From positions 104,470 through 168,469 of the forward strand of contig JABWCP010000006.1 in the NCBI GenBank assembly GCA_013360215.1: DNA of 64,000 nucleotides, in the 5' to 3' direction. Below the pieces are notes generated by a model. That model was not told the origin of the DNA. It did no database searches and saw only the letters and a program-made list of their open reading frames with translations. This DNA comes from a bacterium (GTDB lineage: Bacteria; CLD3; SB21). Positions within the stretch are counted from its first letter, which is position 1. Each line of letters opens with the position of its first letter. The position numbers and the translations under genes are program-made. Positions 18,620-28,330 of the stretch are shown piece after piece.

Positions 18620-21076
18620 ATGGATTTGTCTAAAGACGAACTCAAAGAAATGATGTCCATCTTCAAGGTGGAGAGCGAAGAGCATCTGAAAAACCTTAAT
18701 AAAGGTTTGCTCAAACTTGAAGAAACCCCCAATTCCCGAGAGCTGATAGATGAGCTTTTTCGTACGGCGCACAGCATCAAGGGTTCGGCGCGTATGATGG
18801 GTTTTCAGAAGATCGAAGGTGTATCGCACAAAATCGAAGATATTTTCGGTTTAGTACGCCGCGCGGAAATCAAAGTATCACCCGAAAATTTTGATGTCAT
18901 TTATGAAGGGGTTGATATTATTTCTCAAATTATCGAATTGATATCCAACGAAGGATCGGACGATTCAATCGATATTTCAGTTATTGTAAAAAAATTAGAA
19001 GCTATTTATAACCCGCAAGAAGCGCCGGCTTCCGTAGCCGAGCCAAAGGAAGAATCTAAACCTGATGTGGAACCGGTGTTGGACGTTGTGTCTAAAGCCG
19101 AACCGGTACCCGTGACGGAAGCGAAAACTCCTGAGCCGGAGGAGACCGAATTTAAACCGACGACCGATCTATCCAAGTCGGAGATGATCGTTGATAAAAC
19201 CGACGCTTCCAAAGGTAATGTTTCCGAAGATGCGTTTATACGTGTGCCGACGCGGCGTTTGGACGATCTGATGAATCAGGTGAGTGAACTTGTCACAACG
19301 CGCATCAAATCCCAGCAACGATTGGCGGACATCCGCAAAATGCTGGATTTTACCGAGGAGTGGGCACAACAAACGGAACGCATTCGATTACTGTTAGATC
19401 GTACTTTATCACGTATCGTCAACGAAGACGTCGAGAGACCAAGTGACGTAAAAAGCGAACTGATTACTTCATACGATCTGCGTTCCGTCGTTACTTCGTA
19501 TCTTTCATCCATTGAGAAAATAGGTTCGATTGCCGAATCTATTAGCATTTTGTATGACAAACAGAGTGAAGAAAATCTGCGGATGTCTGTCATCACAGGG
19601 GATATTCAAGACAATTTGCGCATTATTCGCCTTTTGCCGATTTCGACTATTTTCGATTTGTATCCGCGCATGATTCGTGATATTGCCAAATTACAAAGCA
19701 AAAAAGTGAAATTTGAAGTCTTCGGTGGAGATACGCGCGTTGATAAAAAAGTTTTAGAGGAGTTGAAAGATCCTCTGATTCACTTATTGCGTAATTCTAT
19801 TGATCATGGTATAGAAGCGCCGGCCGATCGCGAAGCCACTGGGAAAGCACAAGAAGGCACGATACAAGTTCGTGCCGGATACGTCGGCAATATGGTGCAG
19901 ATCGAAGTCCAGGATGATGGCCGTGGAATTGATACCGACAGGATTTTGCAGATCGCGATCAAAAAAGGTTATATCAAGGAACATCAAGCCTCCGAAGTCA
20001 GTAAAAATGATTTGGTCGGGCTTATTTTCCATTCCGGATTTTCTACGGCAAAAATTATCACCGATCTTTCCGGGCGCGGTGTGGGGCTTGACATCGTCAA
20101 ATCTAATATCGAAAAAATCAAAGGCACGATCGAAACGGTTTCTGAAAAAGGAAAAGGTACACGCTTTACGATCAAAATTCCGCTCACGCTCGCGACTACG
20201 CACGTGCTTATCGTGGATGTCGGCGGCGATCACTATTCGCTCCCGATTGATTTCATAGATCGTACGGTGCGATTAACGGAAGAAGAACTGTGGACGGGCG
20301 GGCAAAATCCTTTTGTCCTGGTGGATAATACGCCGGTGCCATTGTATAAAATGGAAGAGGTGTTGGGCAATGCCAAACAACGCCTCAAAAATAAAGGCTT
20401 GCTCAAGTCATCCGCTGCGCCCAAAATCGGGCAGCATCTTACAAAAATAGAGACGAATAAATTTCCCGCGGTTATTTTTGTTTCCGGAGGCCGGCGGGTA
20501 GCGTTTTTAGTGGATAAACTTTTAGACGAGCAGGAAGTTGTCGTTAAAAGCCTCGGTCATCAACTCAAACGCGTAAAAAATGTTGCGGGTTCAACCGTGC
20601 TTGGTGACGGACGGATTTCGATTATTTTAGATCCCAATGACTTGATCAAATCCGTTCAAGGTTCCGGTACGAAATTCGCTTTCCGGGATCGCCGTCAGCG
20701 CGATTTGGTCAAAAAGCGCGTATTGGTAGTGGACGATTCGATCACGACACGTACATTAGAAAAAAATATTCTTGAGTCCGCCGGTTATCACGTGACTATT
20801 GCGACTAACGGCTTGGAAGGTTATCAGAAACTGCATGAAATCGGTAATTTTGATATTGTCGTGAGCGATGTGGAAATGCCGTTTATGACGGGATTTGAAT
20901 TTGCTCACAAAGTGCGAACCGAGTCCAAATTTCCGGATATTCCGTTTGTATTGTGTACGTCACTGGAGTCGGATAAGGATAAACGCCGCGGGATCGAGGT
21001 CGGCGCTAATGCCTACATTGTCAAAGGTGGATTTGATCAGACCAATCTGCTTGAAACCATTGAAAAGTTGTTATAG
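18620..21076 (+). CDS. cheA: Hybrid CheA (Hpt-dimer-HATPase-CheW-REC)
   Basis: RTAHSIKGSA, HLLRNSIDHG, DDGRGID, SGRGVGLD; C-terminal REC VVDDS...SDVEMP. Confidence 0.96.
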   Translation: MDLSKDELKEMMSIFKVESEEHLKNLNKGLLKLEETPNSRELIDELFRTAHSIKGSARMMGFQKIEGVSHKIEDIFGLVRRAEIKVSPENFDVIYEGVDIISQIIELISNEGSDDSIDISVIVKKLEAIYNPQEAPASVAEPKEESKPDVEPVLDVVSKAEPVPVTEAKTPEPEETEFKPTTDLSKSEMIVDKTDASKGNVSEDAFIRVPTRRLDDLMNQVSELVTTRIKSQQRLADIRKMLDFTEEWAQQTERIRLLLDRTLSRIVNEDVERPSDVKSELITSYDLRSVVTSYLSSIEKIGSIAESISILYDKQSEENLRMSVITGDIQDNLRIIRLLPISTIFDLYPRMIRDIAKLQSKKVKFEVFGGDTRVDKKVLEELKDPLIHLLRNSIDHGIEAPADREATGKAQEGTIQVRAGYVGNMVQIEVQDDGRGIDTDRILQIAIKKGYIKEHQASEVSKNDLVGLIFHSGFSTAKIITDLSGRGVGLDIVKSNIEKIKGTIETVSEKGKGTRFTIKIPLTLATTHVLIVDVGGDHYSLPIDFIDRTVRLTEEELWTGGQNPFVLVDNTPVPLYKMEEVLGNAKQRLKNKGLLKSSAAPKIGQHLTKIETNKFPAVIFVSGGRRVAFLVDKLLDEQEVVVKSLGHQLKRVKNVAGSTVLGDGRISIILDPNDLIKSVQGSGTKFAFRDRRQRDLVKKRVLVVDDSITTRTLEKNILESAGYHVTIATNGLEGYQKLHEIGNFDIVVSDVEMPFMTGFEFAHKVRTESKFPDIPFVLCTSLESDKDKRRGIEVGANAYIVKGGFDQTNLLETIEKLL

Positions 21077-21082
21077 GAATCA

Positions 21083-22255
21083 ATGCCCAAGATACTCATC
21101 GCTGAAGATTCGCCGACCGTCACGATGATTCTTCAGAAAATTTTTGCGACGGATGATGATTGCCAAGTGATCGGTGTGGCTAAAAACGGCCGGGAAGCGG
21201 TTGAAAAAGTCCAGATTCTCAGGCCGGATATAGTGACGATGGATATTCGTATGCCGGTTATGGACGGATTTGAAGCGACGAAACAGATCATGCAGACCGC
21301 GCCAACCCCAATTTTGGTGATTAGTGCATCTGTGGGTAAAGATGATCTCAATATTGCGTTTAATGCTATTCGTGCCGGAGCACTGGACATCGTCGAAAAA
21401 CCCAAAGGTAATCTGGCGATGGATTACGAATACATCGGGCGCGATTTGATCAAAAAAGTTAAGATCCTTTCCGGAGTCAAAGTATTTCATCATATCGGCG
21501 GCGCAAAAAACAAATCGTCGGACGCGAAATCTAGTGATAAAACCGACACATCATCTGTTCGCCAGCCGCGCGTGCCTGCCCCGGCTGCGGAAGTGCCGTC
21601 AGTCAAAGAAACACTCTGGCGCGAACCTTTAACGCCCAAGAGCGTATATCCGAAACTATTGAGTCCCGTAAAAACACCCGAGGTGATAGCTATCGCTTCA
21701 TCGACGGGCGGGCCATCGGCGTTACTCAAATTGCTCAAAACCCTCCCGGCAGGGTTTCCGGTTCCTGTAGTTATTGTCCAGCATATCTGTGAAGGATTCG
21801 GGCAAGGATTTGTCGAATGGCTCAATAAAGAGTGCGGTATGAATGTAAAAACGGCGGATCGCGGTGAAGAATTACAACCGGGAACGATTTATGTTGCCCC
21901 GGACGGATACCACCTTTTTATTGATTCAGGCAAAATCGTTCGTCTCAGCAAATCCATGCCAGTGAACGGTCTCCGCCCCAATGCAACCCTGATGATGGAA
22001 TCGGTTGCTAAAGTTTTTGGTGCAGCTTCGATCGGTATCGTTCTGACTGGCATGGGACGTGATGGCGCCGATGGAGCCAAAGCCATCAAAGAAGCCGGAG
22101 GTTTTACCATGGCACAAAATGCCGAATCTTGTGTTGTATTTGGTATGCCCAAAGAAACGATTGAGTTGGGTGTTGTAGATAAAATTTTACCCCCTGAAAA
22201 AATGACAGCCGAGCTGATGGCTTTTTTCAAATTATATCAAACGGCTAACGCGTAA
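21083..22255 (+). CDS. cheB: Chemotaxis methylesterase (REC-CheB)
   Basis: MDIRMP REC domain; ASSTGGP, VQHI, LTGMGRDGA catalytic triad. Confidence 0.96.
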   Translation: MPKILIAEDSPTVTMILQKIFATDDDCQVIGVAKNGREAVEKVQILRPDIVTMDIRMPVMDGFEATKQIMQTAPTPILVISASVGKDDLNIAFNAIRAGALDIVEKPKGNLAMDYEYIGRDLIKKVKILSGVKVFHHIGGAKNKSSDAKSSDKTDTSSVRQPRVPAPAAEVPSVKETLWREPLTPKSVYPKLLSPVKTPEVIAIASSTGGPSALLKLLKTLPAGFPVPVVIVQHICEGFGQGFVEWLNKECGMNVKTADRGEELQPGTIYVAPDGYHLFIDSGKIVRLSKSMPVNGLRPNATLMMESVAKVFGAASIGIVLTGMGRDGADGAKAIKEAGGFTMAQNAESCVVFGMPKETIELGVVDKILPPEKMTAELMAFFKLYQTANA

Positions 22256-22264
22256 GAGGTAGTT

Positions 22265-23953
22265 GTGGCTAAAGAAAAAATATTGGTTGTAGATGACAGC
22301 GCGACGCAGCTCATCATGTATAAAATGGCGCTGAGCAAAGCGGGATATCTCGTCATCTCCGCCAAAAACGGCGTCGAAGGCATGCACATGGTGGAGACGG
22401 AAAATCCCGATCTGATCGTGAGTGACATCATCATGCCGGAACTCAACGGATATCAATTCTGCCGATTGGTCAAAGACGATCCTTCCCGTGCGCACATTCC
22501 GATTATTTTGCTCACAAGTCTCGGTCAGCAGCAGGATCGCTTCTGGGGTATTGAAGCCGGCGCCAACGCGTTTGTTACCAAAGCAACGGATACGACAGCG
22601 CTGCTGCAAGCGGTAGAGGAATTAATCAAAACGATCGCAAAGCCTTCAACCATAGATTATGCGGACAAAGAAGATGAAAAATATTCGATTCAATCGCCGG
22701 AGAACCCGGAAGAGAGTATCAAATCCAAACTGAATCGCATCTTAGAGAAACTTCTTTATGAGACGACGGTATCTAACCGAATGCGCGACTTGTCGCGGTA
22801 TGCTTACAATCGTCAGGAAATGATTACGCGCTGTTTTGATCTCTTTCGACAGATCGTCGAATATCATGCATCTGCACTCACGCTTTTTGAGAAAGACACG
22901 CTGCATTTGACGATTGATATTCAAAAAGACATCGCCGATAATTTTTTGGATAAAGCCATCGCATCGGTATTGCAGCAAGATTTTAATCCCAACGAAGTGC
23001 GTATGGGGCTTATCAAAAATACCCAGAAAGACATTTTTGGTGAAACCCACCTTAAGCCGGAAGGCGCACAAGACGTCCAATCCGTGCTGGTTGTGCCTTT
23101 ACGGGATGAAACGGATGTAGTCGGTTCCTTGGCTGTTTTTACATCGGATACTTTTGCGTACAACAAAGATATTTACCGACTCATTCAGCTGATCGCGCGT
23201 GAACTGACATTGACGATCAAATATATTTGGAAATTGGAAGAACTCGAAAATATCAAACGTAATTTTACATCGACGATCGTCAATGATCTGCGAAGCCCGA
23301 TCATCGCCAATCAGAGCTTTGCCGAAGCGCTGTTTAACGAATACGTCGATCCGATCACCGAAGATCAGAGAGAAATCCTGTCCAACGTCATTGCGAATAA
23401 TAAAAAATTACTGACGTTCATCAACGACATCATTGACATTTCGAAAATTGAATCCGGCAAACTGGAAATTTTCCCGGAACACAATAATGTGCATACGATC
23501 ATCGAAGACGCCATAAAAAACATGTCTGTTTTGGCTTCCCAAAAAGAAATTTTACTTATCAATGAATTTGAAAATACGGATTACAAGGCGTATTTTGACG
23601 GCGAAAAAATATTACAGGTATTCAATAACCTGATTTCCAATGCTATCAAATTTACCTCCACCGGCGGAGCAGTAATGATCGGAGCACAACCGGTGCCTGA
23701 TGGCGTACAGTTTATGGTTAAAGATACAGGAATCGGCATCCCTGAAGAAGACTTGCCGCATATCTTTGAAAAATACAAACGAACCGGCGGTGTGTTTTCC
23801 AGCGATGATCATGCCGGCGGCGGCGGTATCGGGTTGGGACTTGCCATTTGTAAATCCATCATCGAAGCGCATAAGGGCCGCATTTGGGCCGAAAGTGCGG
23901 TCGGTGAAGGTACCACATTTTATTTCACCGTATTAACACCGGAACAATCATAA
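22265..23953 (+). CDS. REC-GAF-like-HisKA-HATPase hybrid; phosphoacceptor His replaced by Asn (pseudokinase)
   Basis: REC intact (VDDS, SDIIMP, LTS, K). H-box reads IVNDLRSP. N, G1, F and G2 boxes intact (NLISNAIKF, DTGIGI, IFEKY, GLGLAI). Confidence 0.88.
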   Translation: MAKEKILVVDDSATQLIMYKMALSKAGYLVISAKNGVEGMHMVETENPDLIVSDIIMPELNGYQFCRLVKDDPSRAHIPIILLTSLGQQQDRFWGIEAGANAFVTKATDTTALLQAVEELIKTIAKPSTIDYADKEDEKYSIQSPENPEESIKSKLNRILEKLLYETTVSNRMRDLSRYAYNRQEMITRCFDLFRQIVEYHASALTLFEKDTLHLTIDIQKDIADNFLDKAIASVLQQDFNPNEVRMGLIKNTQKDIFGETHLKPEGAQDVQSVLVVPLRDETDVVGSLAVFTSDTFAYNKDIYRLIQLIARELTLTIKYIWKLEELENIKRNFTSTIVNDLRSPIIANQSFAEALFNEYVDPITEDQREILSNVIANNKKLLTFINDIIDISKIESGKLEIFPEHNNVHTIIEDAIKNMSVLASQKEILLINEFENTDYKAYFDGEKILQVFNNLISNAIKFTSTGGAVMIGAQPVPDGVQFMVKDTGIGIPEEDLPHIFEKYKRTGGVFSSDDHAGGGGIGLGLAICKSIIEAHKGRIWAESAVGEGTTFYFTVLTPEQS

Positions 23954-23956
23954 CGT

Positions 23957-24715
23957 ATGCTCGACGATATTTTTACACCGTCCGACGAACAAGACGTCAC
24001 GTTGACCGATGAGGAACGCGTCCGCATTGAGGGGATATTATCCAAACTGGTGACGGAAAGCGCGCAGCAAGGCGTGAGTATCGTGGCGTTGAAAAATCAC
24101 AAAATATCTAAACCTATTTTGTTTAAACTGGCTAAAGACGGTAATAGTAATGCCAGCTATGTTTTATCAGAACTCAATTTGCGCGGCATTCTGGAGGAAG
24201 CCAAAAATCCCGATACGCGCGAAGAAGTGGCTACGGAAATGCTGGCGCGGCTTGTCGTTTGCCCGGTGCCGTCCATTCGCCGGCGGGCCATTCATCTTTT
24301 ATTGAAAATCAATCCTGAAAAGTTTTCCGAAGTCATCAATGAACGCAATCTGTCACCCAATCTGAAAAATGAAATTTTTTCGGATGTGATTGCGGATGAA
24401 GAAGCCGGATTGCGCATCATGCTTCGTATGCTCAAAAATCCCGGAACGCCTCAGGACATCAAAGATAAAGTGATTGCTAAAATCGGTCGTATACGAAAAA
24501 TGATCGAAGAAAACAGCGCACAGATCATTGACTGGAATCATCGTATCGAAGATCTTGAAAAAAGAAAACGTATCAAATTTCACATGGTCGAAAAATATTA
24601 CGCCGAAGTTCAGCAATCTCTGGACGAATTCAAAAATCTTCCCAATTTTGTCATGGATCTCAAGTTTGATGTGGATTTGGCTTTTGAAAATCTTAAACAC
24701 ACGATCAAGGAATGA
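23957..24715 (+). CDS. Hypothetical alpha-helical protein (HEAT-like plus coiled coil)
   Basis: 252-aa ORF starting 3 nt after the kinase; helical, charged composition. Confidence 0.65.
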   Translation: MLDDIFTPSDEQDVTLTDEERVRIEGILSKLVTESAQQGVSIVALKNHKISKPILFKLAKDGNSNASYVLSELNLRGILEEAKNPDTREEVATEMLARLVVCPVPSIRRRAIHLLLKINPEKFSEVINERNLSPNLKNEIFSDVIADEEAGLRIMLRMLKNPGTPQDIKDKVIAKIGRIRKMIEENSAQIIDWNHRIEDLEKRKRIKFHMVEKYYAEVQQSLDEFKNLPNFVMDLKFDVDLAFENLKHTIKE

Positions 24716-25179
24716 AATCGGTCGTATCATCCGAGGGGCAACCGTCACTATCTTTTGTTGAAGAGTCATCCGTTTTTTCCGTTTGGCCGCATGCGACATA
24801 TCTTCTGATTTATTTTATGGTGGCTTTTTTAGGTATTGCTTTGGAGCCCAGTCGTGAGGGTGTCGGCACGCACCGCCAATTGGGGTTACCGCCATGCGGA
24901 TTTCTAACTATTACCGGTTATCCTTGCCCTTCGTGCGGGTTGACTACGTCTGTAAGTTTGGGCATGCACGGGCATTGGTTGGATGCGCTTCGTGTACAAC
25001 CATTTGGCGTTTATTTATTCGTTTTGATGTCTTTGGTGGCCATTCTGTCTCTCGTAGGTATTTTGAAAAAGATTCCTTTTTCAAAATACATTCAATCCCA
25101 TACCGGGGAAAAACTGCAAATAATCACGGCTTTTGTTTTTTTGATAAGCTGGGTTTATAAAATTTTGATTATGAACTAA
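24712..25179 (+). CDS. DUF2752-family membrane protein
   Basis: LPPCGFLTITGYPCPSCGLTTS motif plus TM helices. Confidence 0.85.
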   Translation: MKSVVSSEGQPSLSFVEESSVFSVWPHATYLLIYFMVAFLGIALEPSREGVGTHRQLGLPPCGFLTITGYPCPSCGLTTSVSLGMHGHWLDALRVQPFGVYLFVLMSLVAILSLVGILKKIPFSKYIQSHTGEKLQIITAFVFLISWVYKILIMN

Positions 25180-25194
25180 TAGAAAGACTTGAAG

Positions 25195-26481
25195 ATGAAA
25201 CTTCACACCAAAATCATGACCGGACTTGGTATCGGGTTACTTGCAGGAATTATTACCAATCAGATCATCGGACCTGAAGCCGCCAATCATCCCGACTTGC
25301 AATGGTTTATCACCAATATCACCGATCCGGTCGGGCAAATATTTTTACGTCTTCTTTTTATGGTGGTGGTGCCGTTGGTATTTGCATCACTGGCTTTGGG
25401 AGTAGCCAACCTCGGTAATTTGGAAACATTGGGGCGAATCGGTGTTCGGACAATTTTGTATTTTATGTTATTGACAGCCGCCGCTGCCGTGGTTGGTCTT
25501 TTGCTTGTTCAGATTTTTCATCCGGGTAAAAGTTTTGATCCAGAGATGCAAAAAACGTTGATGGCGCAATACGGTTCATCGACCAGTGAGGTTATCGGCA
25601 AAAGCAAAGACATTAGTTTTTCGGTGATGACGTTTGTGGATATGCTATTGCCGCGTAATATGATGCAAGCCGTGGTGACGATGCAAATGTTGCCGATTAT
25701 CGTATTGGCGCTGCTTTTTGGTGTGATGATGACGCGAATGAAAAACAATCACATGGATTCTGTAAAAAATATTCTCGAGGCTGTCAACGAATTTGCCGTC
25801 GGTGTGGTTGATTTAGCCATGCGGTTTGCTCCGATTGCCGTGCCATGCCTTGTGTTTAGCGTTTCAGCACGATTCGGTGTGAGCGTCCTCAAACCGTTGG
25901 GTTTTTATGTTATACTCGTATTTGCCGGATATATCCTGCATTTATTTGGAGTCTATTCGTTGGTGCTTCGCCTGATGGCAGGGATCAATCCTTTACGTTT
26001 TTTTCAAGCAGTAAAACCCGTGATGGTCACGGCATTTTCGACCAGCTCAAGCAATGCGACATTACCTACCACCATTCGCGTAACGGAAGAAGAACTTAAA
26101 ATTTCGCCCAATATTTGCGGTTTTGTATTACCATTGGGCGCAACCACTAATATGAACGGTACCGCGTTGTATGAAGGGCTGACGGTTTTGTTTTTAGCGG
26201 AAATTTTCGGCGTGGATCTGACGCTCGGACAACAAGCCTTCGTTGTTGTGATGACGGTTCTTACCGCGATAGGTACCGCGGGTATTCCCGGCGGCTCACT
26301 GCCGATGATTGTTTTAGTTTTACAATCGGTCAATGTCCCTGCGGAAGGTATCGGTATTATTCTCGGAGTTGATCGTATATTGGATATGGGACGGACAGTG
26401 CTCAATGTAACCGGCGACATTACGGCGGCAGCATATATTGCCAAAACACAAGGCGAACCCGCGCAATTTAACGAAGCTTAA
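25195..26481 (+). CDS. Dicarboxylate/amino acid:cation symporter (GltP family)
   Basis: AFSTSSSNATLP, LPLGATTNMNGTALY, GVDRILDMGRTVLNVTGD. Confidence 0.95.
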   Translation: MKLHTKIMTGLGIGLLAGIITNQIIGPEAANHPDLQWFITNITDPVGQIFLRLLFMVVVPLVFASLALGVANLGNLETLGRIGVRTILYFMLLTAAAAVVGLLLVQIFHPGKSFDPEMQKTLMAQYGSSTSEVIGKSKDISFSVMTFVDMLLPRNMMQAVVTMQMLPIIVLALLFGVMMTRMKNNHMDSVKNILEAVNEFAVGVVDLAMRFAPIAVPCLVFSVSARFGVSVLKPLGFYVILVFAGYILHLFGVYSLVLRLMAGINPLRFFQAVKPVMVTAFSTSSSNATLPTTIRVTEEELKISPNICGFVLPLGATTNMNGTALYEGLTVLFLAEIFGVDLTLGQQAFVVVMTVLTAIGTAGIPGGSLPMIVLVLQSVNVPAEGIGIILGVDRILDMGRTVLNVTGDITAAAYIAKTQGEPAQFNEA

Positions 26482-26547
26482 GTTGCTTTTTTGAAGAAGA
26501 TGAAGTATTATACTGATGTAACGAATCCGTACACAGAAAGGTTTTAT

Positions 26548-26958
26548 ATGAATAAAAATATCAAAATCATCGCCGGTGTTTTACTGGTCGGCGGGACGCT
26601 GGTTTTTCTGGCGGTCTCGGGCTTCGATGAAGGAAAATCGTATTATAAGTTTGTGGATGAAGTTCAAGCAATGGGCGAAGATGCCTATACTAAAAAGCTG
26701 AAAGTTCACGGCAATGTCGTGGATGGCAGTATTCGCAAAAATGGTTCGCAACTCGAATTTGTCATTACTCGCAATGGCGCAACGATGCCGGTCAAATATA
26801 TCGGAAAAGATCCTGTTCCGGATACTTTCAAGGACGGATGCGAAGCCGTGATTGACGGACGCTACAAAAAAGACGGCACGTTCGAAGGAACACAGATACA
26901 AGCTAAATGCGCTTCAAAATACGAAACGGATTACAACGATCTCAAAAAGGGAAGTTAA
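26548..26958 (+). CDS. ccmE: Cytochrome c maturation heme chaperone, CxxxY variant
   Basis: N-terminal TM anchor, G.VV.GSI, PDTFKDG, QAKCASKY. Confidence 0.88.
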   Translation: MNKNIKIIAGVLLVGGTLVFLAVSGFDEGKSYYKFVDEVQAMGEDAYTKKLKVHGNVVDGSIRKNGSQLEFVITRNGATMPVKYIGKDPVPDTFKDGCEAVIDGRYKKDGTFEGTQIQAKCASKYETDYNDLKKGS

Positions 26959-26979
26959 TTCCTCAAAGCGTTTTTCAAC

Positions 26980-27011
26980 AAAAGATCATTCATCGCGAAT
27001 GATCTTTTTTT
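26980..27011 (+). terminator. Rho-independent terminator
   Basis: AAAAGATCATTC-ATCGC-GAATGATCTTTT followed by a T-run, just after ccmE. Confidence 0.8.
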
Positions 27012-27027
27012 ATTTCAAGGATATGGG

Positions 27028-28320
27028 ATGACCAAATCAGTGTACACGGGGTTATTGATTTTGATTCTGTTTGTGATGGCCGTGTCATGGGACGGGCGTC
27101 GCGAAAAGATGGCGCCGTTGTCCAAATCGGCGGCGCTCAGTATTAAACGTGTAAGTACAGGTTTGGCCACGGTTGGTGCGGATTCAGCCAATATCGGCGC
27201 ATGGGTTGAACACCGTTTGGAAGGTAGTACGAATGCGAATGCATTGTATCAGGGGTTTATCGCGTTTCACTTTGACGAAATGGACACGATGCTGACCGTC
27301 CACAGTCCTGCAGGCCGGACCAATGCCGGTATATTTTCAGGGGATAAATCTACCTTTAGCAAAACAGGTTATACGGCATCTTTGCAAACGGGCCTTTCGG
27401 AAGAACGTTATACGGTGTCAACACAACCCATTACCAATTTTTCTAAAATAAAACTTACGCAAATCCTCACCGCGCCCAAAAATAACGAACGCATCGTTTA
27501 TCTCGATTTTATTTTTGAATTTGCACCCAAAGATTCACTAACCGATCCGCGTCAATATTCTAATTTTCGTTTTCTAATGGGATATGATGGCGATATCGGT
27601 ACGACCACCGGCGGTATGAATAATGATAGCACAGGTTATTATGGCGGTAATCAAACCGGTTTGGCGTATATCTACGATGCCGTGCTTTCTTTGTACAGCG
27701 GGGTTGCTCTGCACGAAAAAAGTGTATCCGATAGCGCAGGCAATTTTGGTTTATGGCACCAGACGGTTAATGCAAATGAATTTTCTACAGTCAAGCTCGA
27801 TACATTGATGCATGAAATGATGATGCATCCGTCGTGGAATTCGACCGTTCAAAATACCGATGCGATGGTGTACTGGACATTGAACCGAGGAACGATCGTG
27901 CCGGATGACTTCGTGCCATATACAGATACGATACGTTTTACGTTGGTCAACGGGTTATCTAAAAACACCGTCATAGAAGCTTCCAAAGGAATTCATGTGC
28001 CGGATGTATTGCCTCCGGGCGAGCCGTCATCACCCTTACCGACTACTTTTGTATTGTTCAATAATTCGCCGAATCCCTTTAATCCCTCGACAACGATACG
28101 ATTTTATATTCCTGAACCGATGTTTGTAAGGCTCACGGTTTATAATTTATTAGGTCAAAAAGTGCGCACGCTCATAGCCCGTGCAGTCGAATCCGGTATA
28201 GGCCAAGTTGTATGGGACGCCCGTAATGATGTTGGGCAAACTGTCGCCGCCGGTGTATATCTGTATAGAATGGAAACGCCGCAAGGAATTATTACCCGTC
28301 GCATGCTGCTGCTGAAATAA
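27028..28320 (+). CDS. Secreted protein with C-terminal FlgD-Ig/T9SS-like sorting domain
   Basis: Signal-like N-terminus; C-terminus NSPNPFNPSTTIRF...VYNLLGQKVRTL...GVYLYRM...RRMLLLK. Confidence 0.85.
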   Translation: MTKSVYTGLLILILFVMAVSWDGRREKMAPLSKSAALSIKRVSTGLATVGADSANIGAWVEHRLEGSTNANALYQGFIAFHFDEMDTMLTVHSPAGRTNAGIFSGDKSTFSKTGYTASLQTGLSEERYTVSTQPITNFSKIKLTQILTAPKNNERIVYLDFIFEFAPKDSLTDPRQYSNFRFLMGYDGDIGTTTGGMNNDSTGYYGGNQTGLAYIYDAVLSLYSGVALHEKSVSDSAGNFGLWHQTVNANEFSTVKLDTLMHEMMMHPSWNSTVQNTDAMVYWTLNRGTIVPDDFVPYTDTIRFTLVNGLSKNTVIEASKGIHVPDVLPPGEPSSPLPTTFVLFNNSPNPFNPSTTIRFYIPEPMFVRLTVYNLLGQKVRTLIARAVESGIGQVVWDARNDVGQTVAAGVYLYRMETPQGIITRRMLLLK

Positions 28321-28330
28321 ATTTCCTAGC

